Under the pieces are notes generated by a model that had not been told where the DNA came from, did not search any database, and saw nothing but the letters and a program-made list of their open reading frames with translations. A stretch of DNA of 54,698 bases from an uncultured delta proteobacterium. Lineage in GTDB: Bacteria; Desulfobacterota; Binatia; JACPRU01. This document shows positions 18,639-26,670 of the stretch, one piece after another; the first letter of the stretch is position 1; every line of letters starts with the position of its first letter. The position numbers were made by a program, and so were the translations under genes. The stretch is from NCBI GenBank assembly GCA_963708955.1, contig CAVPWJ010000058.1, positions 1 to 54,698 of the forward strand, given 5' to 3'.

Positions 18639-20183
18639 ATGACCCCAGACATCGGACTCGGAAACTGGCTGTATCAACGCGCGCAGCGCACCCCACACCG
18701 AAAGGCGCTCACGTTCGAGGGCGCAACCTGGACCTACGCCGAGATTCAGCAGCGCATCGACCGCCTGGCCGGCGCGCTGCGCACGAACGGCGTCTGTCAC
18801 GGCGATCGAGTCGGCTTTCTCGGCTTGAACCAGCCCGCTTTCTTCGAGACCCTGTTTGCCGCCGCTCGGCTGGGCGCCGTGTTCGTGCCGTTGAACTTCC
18901 GGCTCAGCGGGCCGGAGCTCAGCTACATCATCAACGACGCCGGCGTGCACACGCTGGTGGTCGACGAGCCGCACCGGCCGGTAGTCGACGGCATTCGGGC
19001 GGAGCTTCCGTGCCGCCGGTTCTGGTCGGCCGACCAGTCGGTCGAGGGATGGCCGGCGCTCTCCAGCCTGCTCGCCGCGCACGAGCCGCTCGCGGCGGGA
19101 GAGGCGGTCGCTGAGGACGAGGTCGCCGTCATCATGTACACCAGCGGGACGACCGGGGTTCCCAAGGGGGCGATGCTCACCCACGGCAACCTGTGGTGGA
19201 ACAATACCAACGCGATGCTGACACTCGACATCCTCGAGAGCGACATCTCGCTGGTCGTCGCGCCGCTCTTTCACATCGGTGGGCTCAACATCACCACGCT
19301 CGTGACTTGGCAGAAGGGCGGGCACCTCGTCCTCCACCGGACCTTCGACCCGCGGCGGTTCCTGGAGGACGTAGCGACGTACCGCGTCAGCAGCACGTTC
19401 GCCGTGCCGGCGATGCTGCTGTTCGTCAGCCAGCAGCCAAACTTCGCCTCAGCCGACCTCTCGAGCCTGCGCTTGATCGTGTGCGGCGGAGCCCCGGTAC
19501 CGGAGCCGCTCATGCGCCTCTATGCCGAGCGCGGCACCCCGATCAATCAAGGCTACGGGCTGACGGAGACCGCGCCGTTGTTGACCTTCCTCACGTCGGA
19601 GTGGGCGATCGCCAAGATCGGCTCGGCGGGCCTCACGTCGATTTTCACCGAGGTTCGGATCGTCGACGCCAACGGGCTCAGGGTCACGAAGCCGAGGGAA
19701 AATGGTGAAGTCATCGCCCGGGGGCCGAACGTCATGAAGGGCTACTGGAACAAACCCGAGGCAACAGCCGCCGCAATCGACGCGCGAGGATGGTTTCATA
19801 CCGGTGACGTCGGCTACTTCGACGAGGACGGCTTTCTCTTCATCACCGACCGTCTGAAGGACATGGTGATTTCGGGTGGCGAGAACGTCTATCCCGCCGA
19901 GGTCGAGAGCGTGCTCTACGAACATCCGGCGATCGCCGAAGTCGCGGTGATCGGCCTGCCGGACGGAAAGTGGGGCGAAATGGTGATCGCGGTGGTGGCG
20001 CTCAAACCCGACGCCAAGCTCGATCTCGAGCAGCTGAGGGCCTTCGCGACCGACAGGCTGGCGCGCTACAAGCTGCCGCGCCGCCTGGAGATCGTCACCG
20101 CCCTGCCGCGCAACCCGGCGGGAAAGGTTCTCAAGTTCGAGCTGCGCAGCCGATTCGGCGCGGCAGACCGCCCGATCGGCTGA
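18639..20183 (+). CDS. AMP-dependent acyl-CoA synthetase (FadD13/MenE-like)
   Basis: IMYTSGTTGVPKG, GYGLTET, GWFHTGD, DRLKDMVISGGENVYPAEVE, LPRNPAGKVLK; GGAG SD. Confidence 0.94.
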   Translation: MTPDIGLGNWLYQRAQRTPHRKALTFEGATWTYAEIQQRIDRLAGALRTNGVCHGDRVGFLGLNQPAFFETLFAAARLGAVFVPLNFRLSGPELSYIINDAGVHTLVVDEPHRPVVDGIRAELPCRRFWSADQSVEGWPALSSLLAAHEPLAAGEAVAEDEVAVIMYTSGTTGVPKGAMLTHGNLWWNNTNAMLTLDILESDISLVVAPLFHIGGLNITTLVTWQKGGHLVLHRTFDPRRFLEDVATYRVSSTFAVPAMLLFVSQQPNFASADLSSLRLIVCGGAPVPEPLMRLYAERGTPINQGYGLTETAPLLTFLTSEWAIAKIGSAGLTSIFTEVRIVDANGLRVTKPRENGEVIARGPNVMKGYWNKPEATAAAIDARGWFHTGDVGYFDEDGFLFITDRLKDMVISGGENVYPAEVESVLYEHPAIAEVAVIGLPDGKWGEMVIAVVALKPDAKLDLEQLRAFATDRLARYKLPRRLEIVTALPRNPAGKVLKFELRSRFGAADRPIG

Positions 20184-20255
20184 TCGAGACCGTGAGCGCC
20201 GCCGTCTTCGTTCGAGAGTAGCCGCCCACGATCTCGTCACCTCGACACCGTCGCG

Positions 20256-20415
20256 TTACGGAACCATGAAGGTGTCTTCGATGAGGGTCTGGTTAGCGCG
20301 GGCCTCGATGGCCAGCACCTCGTACGGCTGCACCCCTGAGGCCAGGGACGCGACGAACTCTGGCGGGACCGTGACGCTCGTAGTCGTGGCGGGAACGGTC
20401 ACCTGGAACAAACCG
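20256..20415 (-). pseudogene. C-terminal fragment of an uncharacterised beta-rich (FN3-like) protein
   Basis: LFQVTVPATTTSVTVPPEF...YEVLAIEARANQTLIEDTF reads like a real protein C-terminus; the upstream frame looks non-coding. Confidence 0.45.
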
Positions 20416-20497
20416 ATTCGGTGGTCACGATCCCGTGCCTCGTCCTTCCGCCGCCGATCAACCTGACGCCCCTGGAACGAATCCTCTCGGGCGCGGC

Positions 20498-20530
20498 CTT
20501 GGTGCATCTTGGTGCGAAGTGCTGTATCGT
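20498..20530 (+). promoter_or_regulatory. Candidate RHH operator and leaderless promoter
   Basis: CTTGGTGC direct repeat at 20498 and 20508 (period 10); TATCGT at 20525-20530, 6 nt before the ATG; no SD. Confidence 0.45.
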
Positions 20531-20536
20531 GAAGCC

Positions 20537-20794
20537 ATGTCGAGCCTCGCAAAACCCATCCGTCAGAGCGTCAGCATCCCGCCACGCATCGCCCGCGAAG
20601 TGCAGGCCTTGGCGAAGCGGAAAAAGGCCAGCACCAACCGTGTGATCGTGGATTTGATCGAGTGCGGTCTCGAAGCCCAGGACCAGGAGAAGAGGCGCTT
20701 CTTCGAGCTGGCCGATCGGCTGGCGAGCTCGTCCGACGCCGCCGAGCAGAAACGCCTCAAGGAAGAGTTGGCCCGCATGACCTTCGGTGATTGA
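20537..20794 (+). CDS. Ribbon-helix-helix DNA-binding protein, putative antitoxin (85 aa)
   Basis: RQSVSIP strand followed by two helices (RIAREVQALAK, STNRVIVDLIECGL) and a charged helical tail. Confidence 0.75.
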   Translation: MSSLAKPIRQSVSIPPRIAREVQALAKRKKASTNRVIVDLIECGLEAQDQEKRRFFELADRLASSSDAAEQKRLKEELARMTFGD

Positions 20795-21036
20795 TGCCGA
20801 AGATCCAGTGGGCCCATCTGCCGCCCGCGCTGCGCGATCACCTGTTCGACCGAGTGCGAGAGCGGAAGATCACCGCGGAAGACATCTATCAACTGAAACT
20901 TTGGAGAGAGTCCGAACCGGAAGCGCCAGACGGGCTCTGGTACAAGAACTTCGGGTCCTTCAAGGTCTGTGGCGAGGGGAGGTATCCGAAGACCTTCCTG
21001 CTGCGTGGTCAAGCGGCCAAGGGCCAGAAGCTCTGA
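20794..21036 (+). CDS. Small basic hypothetical protein, putative toxin (80 aa)
   Basis: TGATG coupling to the RHH gene; protein-like composition; HLFDRVRERKITAEDI segment. Confidence 0.7.
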   Translation: MPKIQWAHLPPALRDHLFDRVRERKITAEDIYQLKLWRESEPEAPDGLWYKNFGSFKVCGEGRYPKTFLLRGQAAKGQKL

Positions 21037-21351
21037 GTCTTGTTCTTGTGTTCGGCCGAGCCCGGCCCCTCGCAACGGCAGGCATCGCTCAAAGTAGTAT
21101 TGCCGGTCACGAGAGTTTTCCCGACCCTCCGGGATGGGACCGTGTCTTCGCGTAAACCCGAATTCACAGGCTCTGAGCGACCGGAGAACCGAGCAGGGGC
21201 CGAGGATGGCCTCGACTCTCTGCGGCACGCGGATAGCCCGGATAAACGGGGGCCATGGCGAATCTACTCGGGCGGCGTCATCGTCAGGTCGTCAATTTTG
21301 ATACCGCCTTGGCCGTCGTCTTCGACCGAGATCACCGGCGCCTGGAAAGCC

Positions 21352-21381
21352 GAGGGCCTCCTCCGTCAGGAGGAAGCCCTC
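21352..21381 (-). terminator. Hairpin downstream of tRNA (probable terminator)
   Basis: On the minus strand GAGGGCTTCCTCC-TGAC-GGAGGAGGCCCTC; the U-tract is weak. Confidence 0.55.
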
Positions 21382-21405
21382 AAAAATTCCGGCCTAGTTT
21401 ATTTA

Positions 21406-22283
<878 letters not shown>

Positions 22284-22290
22284 GCCCGGC

Positions 22291-23091
22291 TTACTCCTTC
22301 TCCACGGCGGGGGCTTCCGCGGGTTCGGCGGCGGACGGCTCGCTGGGCGTCTCCGCGGGTGATGCCTCGGCCTGCGATGGAGGCGCTTCCGCCGCCGATT
22401 CCGTCGCCGGCGGCTCCGCCGCATGCGCCGCGCGCTCGAGCGCATCGGCCGATGCGCCGAGCTCCTCGAGCTTCGGCAGCGACGAGAGATCCTTCAGGCC
22501 GAAGGTCTCGAGAAACTCCGGCGTGGTTCCGTAGAGAAGCGGCCGTCCCACCACGTCCTTGCGCCCGAGCACGCGCGCCAGATGGCGATCGAGCAGCGTC
22601 GTCAGCACGGCGTCGACGTCGACACCGCGGATCGCCTCGATCTCGGGGCGGGTCACCGGTTGCCGATAGGCGATCACCGCCAGCGTCTCGAGCGCCGCTC
22701 GCGTCAAGCGCACCGGGCGCTGCGCGAGCAGCGCCTTGACGAACTCGGCGTTTCCCCGCGAGGTGCGCAATTGGTACCCACCGGCCACCTGCTGCAACCG
22801 GAAACCGCGCGCATCCCGCGCGTATTCCTCGGCGAGCTCGTTCAGTGCCCGCACGACGTCGCGCCGCCCGTAGCCCGGAAGAATCTGCACGATGCGCGCG
22901 AGCGACACGGGATCGCCGGCCGCGAACAGCAGGCTCTCGAGGATCGAGCGTAGGCGCAGCAACACGGCAGCCGCAGTCGGCTCGGTACTGTCCATCGCGG
23001 CTTCCGCGCCTGGCGCTTCGGATGCCACGGCCTCGAGCGGCGAGATCTCGTCAGGTGCTTGCCTGAGCGTACTGCCCTCGTCTTCGATCAC
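22291..23091 (-). CDS. scpB: Segregation and condensation protein B
   Basis: LESLLFAAGDPVS, VAGGYQLRT, LTRAALETLAVIAYRQPVTRPEIEAIRGV, GRPLLYGTT.EFL; GTG start with GAGGA SD (start uncertain). Confidence 0.95.
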   Translation of the reverse strand: MIEDEGSTLRQAPDEISPLEAVASEAPGAEAAMDSTEPTAAAVLLRLRSILESLLFAAGDPVSLARIVQILPGYGRRDVVRALNELAEEYARDARGFRLQQVAGGYQLRTSRGNAEFVKALLAQRPVRLTRAALETLAVIAYRQPVTRPEIEAIRGVDVDAVLTTLLDRHLARVLGRKDVVGRPLLYGTTPEFLETFGLKDLSSLPKLEELGASADALERAAHAAEPPATESAAEAPPSQAEASPAETPSEPSAAEPAEAPAVEKE

Positions 23092-23112
23092 GTGCAGAAA
23101 TCCTCTTCGTAA

Positions 23113-23226
23113 TGACTGTCGACCCGAGTCTACGCCGCCGCGACCAGCGGATGAGCGGCGGCCCGAGGTGCCGGCAAAGAGCAGCGCACCCCTGCCGCTA
23201 GCTCCATCCGCATCCACGCCCAATCC
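23113..23226 (-). repeat. Dispersed structured intergenic element, copy 2
   Basis: Same conserved blocks as 6687-6807; hairpin GCGGATG(G)AGC..GCGGC..GGGTGC / GCACCT..GCCGC.GCTCATCCGC. Confidence 0.7.
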
Positions 23227-23233
23227 CCTACCC

Positions 23234-23986
23234 TCACCCCTTGTAGTCGGATTTGAAGGCGAGCGACACCTCGGCGTCTCCGGGCACCGCGAGCGTCAGC
23301 CAAATCGCCCCGAACCGCTCCGCCTGCAGCGCGCGGACCGCGCGCATCCTCATCAGCTCGAGCAACGCCAGGAACGTCGAGATCACCTCGCGCCGCGACA
23401 CCGCCGCGTCGAACAGCCTCGCGAATTCCACGTCCCCCTCCCGCAGCCGCTCGAGAATCAACGGGATGCGGTCGGCGATGGCGATGCGCTCGCTGACGAT
23501 CTCGTGCGCCCTCTCCTCCGGCAACCGCTTGAGAATCTCGCGCAGCGCGTCGATCAGGTCGGCGAGGTCGAGCGGCCGCAGCGGCGGCAGCTCCTTCTTC
23601 TCCTCCTCCGGAGCCTCCGCGGCGCGGCGGAAGACGTCGCGATCGAGGACGTCACGGTCGCCGAGCTGCGCGGCGGCGGCGCGGAAGCGCTGATACTCCT
23701 CGAGCTGCTGAACGAGATCGATCCGGGGGTCCTCCTCTTCGTCCTCTTCGCCTTCGGCCGGCGGCAGCAGCAAGCGCGACTTGACCTGCATGAGCGTCGC
23801 GGCCATCACCAGGTATTCACCGGCGAGATCGAGGTTCAACTGCTCGAAGAGCCGCAGGTAGTCGAGGTACTGATCGGTGATCCGCGCGATCGGGATGTCG
23901 TGGATGTCGACCTCGTCCTTCTTGATGAGGTGCAGCAGCAAATCGAGGGGGCCCTCGAAGATCTCGAGCTGAAAGCGCGGGTTCAC
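23234..23986 (-). CDS. scpA: Segregation and condensation protein A (kleisin)
   Basis: FEGPLDLLLHLI, IPIARITDQYL, EYLVMAATL..KSRLLLP, TFLALLEL. Confidence 0.95.
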   Translation of the reverse strand: MNPRFQLEIFEGPLDLLLHLIKKDEVDIHDIPIARITDQYLDYLRLFEQLNLDLAGEYLVMAATLMQVKSRLLLPPAEGEEDEEEDPRIDLVQQLEEYQRFRAAAAQLGDRDVLDRDVFRRAAEAPEEEKKELPPLRPLDLADLIDALREILKRLPEERAHEIVSERIAIADRIPLILERLREGDVEFARLFDAAVSRREVISTFLALLELMRMRAVRALQAERFGAIWLTLAVPGDAEVSLAFKSDYKG

Positions 23987-24033
23987 GATGATCTCGCCGC
24001 TCGGTGCCGATGCTCCCAGGCGATGCGACTCCC

Positions 24034-25047
24034 TCAGACCAGCCCTACGGCGGCACGCACTTCCTGCATCGTCGCGCTCGCCACGGCGCGCGCGCGGCGG
24101 TTGCCGTCGTCCAGCACCTCGTCGACCAGCGCGGGCTTGGCGTCGATCTCGCGGCGGCGCTCCTGGATCGGCTCCAGATCCTCGAGCACGTGGCGGATCA
24201 TGATCCGCTTGCAGTCGAGGCAGCCGATCGACGCGCTCTTGCAGCCGCGATCCACGTGGGCGAGCTCGTCGGGCGTACAGTAGATCTTGTGGAAGCTCTG
24301 GTAGGCCGGGCAATCCTCGGGGTCGCCGGGGTCGGTGCGGCGCATGCGCCGCGGGTCGGTCATCATGCGCGAGAGCTTCTTCTCCACGTCGGCCGGCGGC
24401 TCGGAGAGGAAGACGGCGTTGTGGTAGCTCTTGCTCATCTTGCGGCCGTCGAGGCCGGAGATCTTCGGCGCCTCGCTGAGCAGCGCCTTGGGCTCGGGAA
24501 AGACCGGCCGATAGAGGTGATTGAACCGCCGCGCAATCTCGCGCGCGACCTCGACGTGGGGCACCTGGTCGGCTCCGACCGGCACCTGGTTCGCCTTGTA
24601 GACGAGGATGTCGGCCGCCTGCAGAACGGGGTAGCCGAGGTGACCGAAGTTGATCTTCGCCATCTCCACGTCGTCGTTGGAAGAGACCAGACCGAGCTCG
24701 CGCGCCTGCTCTTTGACGGCTGGGTTGCGCAGCAGCCACGGCGTCGGCGTGATCATGCCGAAGATCAGGAAGAGCTCCGCGTGCTCGAGAATCGCCGACT
24801 GCCGGAAGATGACCGAGCGCCGCGGATCGAGCCCGACCGCGAGCCAGTCGGCAACCATCTCTCGCGTGCTCTGCGCAATGCCTTCGGTGTGCTCGAATGC
24901 GGTGGTGAGCGCGTGCCAGTCGGCGACGAAGAAGAACGAGCGATAGCTGGCCTGCAGCTTCACCCAGTTCTTGAGCGTGCCGTGCAGGTGTCCGAGATGG
25001 AGCCGCCCGGTCGGCCGAAAGCCGCTCAGCAGAGTGGGCGGGTTCAT
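24034..25047 (-). CDS. trpS: Tryptophanyl-tRNA synthetase
   Basis: SGFRPTGRLHLGH, ADWHALT, YPVLQAADIL, VPVGADQ, KMSKS. Confidence 0.97.
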   Translation of the reverse strand: MNPPTLLSGFRPTGRLHLGHLHGTLKNWVKLQASYRSFFFVADWHALTTAFEHTEGIAQSTREMVADWLAVGLDPRRSVIFRQSAILEHAELFLIFGMITPTPWLLRNPAVKEQARELGLVSSNDDVEMAKINFGHLGYPVLQAADILVYKANQVPVGADQVPHVEVAREIARRFNHLYRPVFPEPKALLSEAPKISGLDGRKMSKSYHNAVFLSEPPADVEKKLSRMMTDPRRMRRTDPGDPEDCPAYQSFHKIYCTPDELAHVDRGCKSASIGCLDCKRIMIRHVLEDLEPIQERRREIDAKPALVDEVLDDGNRRARAVASATMQEVRAAVGLV

Positions 25048-25706
25048 CCGATCAGCACTTCGAGCAGCATTTGGATCGGCCGCCGGACGATCAGCCCCAG
25101 CGAGTGCGACATCAGCAGCACGATGAGGATCAGGAAGCCGAATGGCTCGATCTTCGCGAACTGACGCGCCCACTCCAGCGGCAGCAACCCGGTGAGCACG
25201 CGGCCCCCATCGAGCGGCGGGATCGGGATCAGGTTGAAGACGCCGAGGAACACGTTCATGAGCACGCTGTACTGCGCGATCAGGGCGATCGGGTACAGCA
25301 GGGTCTGGAACACGACTTCGGAACCGGCGCCCGCGCTCTTGCGGATGCCGTGGAAGACCAGCGCGCTCAGCGTGGCGAGCATCAGGTTGGTGAGCGGCCC
25401 GGCGGCGGCCACCAGGATCATGTCCCGCTTGGGATTGCGCAGTTGCGCGAAGTTCACCGGCACGGGCTTCGCCCAACCGAACAGGAGCCCGGAGTTGGAC
25501 AGGATCAGCACCAGCGGGATCACCACGCTGCCGATCGGGTCGACGTGGGCGAGCGGATTCAGCGTCAGCCGCCCCGCGCGTTTGGCGGTGTCGTCACCGC
25601 ACCATCGCGCCACGTAGCCGTGAGCCACCTCGTGGAAAACCACCGCGATCAGGACTGGTAGGATCCACAGCGAGATCTGTTGGATCTGCTCACGCATGTG
25701 CGCCAC
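25044..25706 (-). CDS. Site-2 protease family (M50) membrane metalloprotease
   Basis: HEVAHG, GRLTLNPL.HVDP.G, GWAKPVPVN, AGP, FNLIPIPPLDGGR. Confidence 0.95.
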   Translation of the reverse strand: MAHMREQIQQISLWILPVLIAVVFHEVAHGYVARWCGDDTAKRAGRLTLNPLAHVDPIGSVVIPLVLILSNSGLLFGWAKPVPVNFAQLRNPKRDMILVAAAGPLTNLMLATLSALVFHGIRKSAGAGSEVVFQTLLYPIALIAQYSVLMNVFLGVFNLIPIPPLDGGRVLTGLLPLEWARQFAKIEPFGFLILIVLLMSHSLGLIVRRPIQMLLEVLIG

Positions 25707-25743
25707 TTTCTAACACCCGCCCCGAGGTGCCGCAAATACGGCC

Positions 25744-26670
25744 CTAGCGCCGCTTCGAGCGCGGATGGAACTGCCGGTGCACCTCGCGCAGCTTGGCGCG
25801 GGCGACCTCGGTGTAGATTTGCGTGGTCGAAATGTCGGCGTGGCCGAGCATCGCCTGCACGGCGCGAAGATCGGCGCCGCCTTCGAGCAGGTGCGTGGCG
25901 AAGGAGTGGCGCAGCCGGTGCGGGCTGACCGGCGGCAGCCCGAGGGCAAGCGCGCGGCGGCAAAGCAGCTTCCAGAAGCCCTGGCGCGACATCGCCCGCC
26001 CGCGCGACGTCACGAACACATGCGGGCTCGCGCGGCCGCGGAGAATCGCCGCGCGCGCGCCGTCGAGATACGTTCGCAGCGCGTCTCGGGCCGGAACGCC
26101 GAGCGGCACCGGGCGCTCCTTGTTCCCCTTGCCGATCACCAACAGGTAGCCGGCTTCGAGGTTCAACTGCGCGAGGCGCAGCGAGACCAGCTCCGAGACG
26201 CGCAGGCCGGCGCCGTAGAGCGTTTCGAACATCGCGCGATCGCGGGCGCCGCCGGGACCATCGAACGGCGCGTCGAGAAGCCGCCGCACGTCTTCCCGCG
26301 TCCAGGGGCGCGGCAGCCGGCGGGGCAGGCTCGAGGAGCGCACGCCCGCCGCCGGGCTCCGCGGCAGCGCGCCCGAAGTCTCGAGAAAGCGGAGCCAGCC
26401 GCGCGCCGCCGAGAAGCGGCGCGCCACGCTCGCGGGCGCCAGCGATCGGTCGCGCAGCCAGCCGAGGTAATCGACCAGGTCGTCGGCATCGACCACGCGA
26501 GGATCGCCGCGACCACGCTCGGCGAGGAACGCGGCAAGCGCGGCAAGATCGCGTCCGTAAGCGTCGAGCGTGTTGCGCGACAGGCCGCGGCTGGTGGCGA
26601 GGTACGCCAGGTAAGCGTCGACGCTATGGTCGATCGCGACGGCCGGCGCGCGCGGAGCGGGCGTCGTCAT
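25744..26670 (-). CDS. xerD: Tyrosine recombinase XerD
   Basis: GLSRNTLDAY, LYGAGLRVSEL, GKGNKER, MSRQGFWK, SPHRLRHSFATHLL, LGHADISTTQIYT; ATGA coupling to glnD. Confidence 0.93.
   Translation of the reverse strand: MTTPAPRAPAVAIDHSVDAYLAYLATSRGLSRNTLDAYGRDLAALAAFLAERGRGDPRVVDADDLVDYLGWLRDRSLAPASVARRFSAARGWLRFLETSGALPRSPAAGVRSSSLPRRLPRPWTREDVRRLLDAPFDGPGGARDRAMFETLYGAGLRVSELVSLRLAQLNLEAGYLLVIGKGNKERPVPLGVPARDALRTYLDGARAAILRGRASPHVFVTSRGRAMSRQGFWKLLCRRALALGLPPVSPHRLRHSFATHLLEGGADLRAVQAMLGHADISTTQIYTEVARAKLREVHRQFHPRSKRR

Noticed and set aside
12417-21405. Active tRNA-integrated genomic island or prophage
   Set aside because: No integrase, no phage genes and no duplicated tRNA 3' end found by eye
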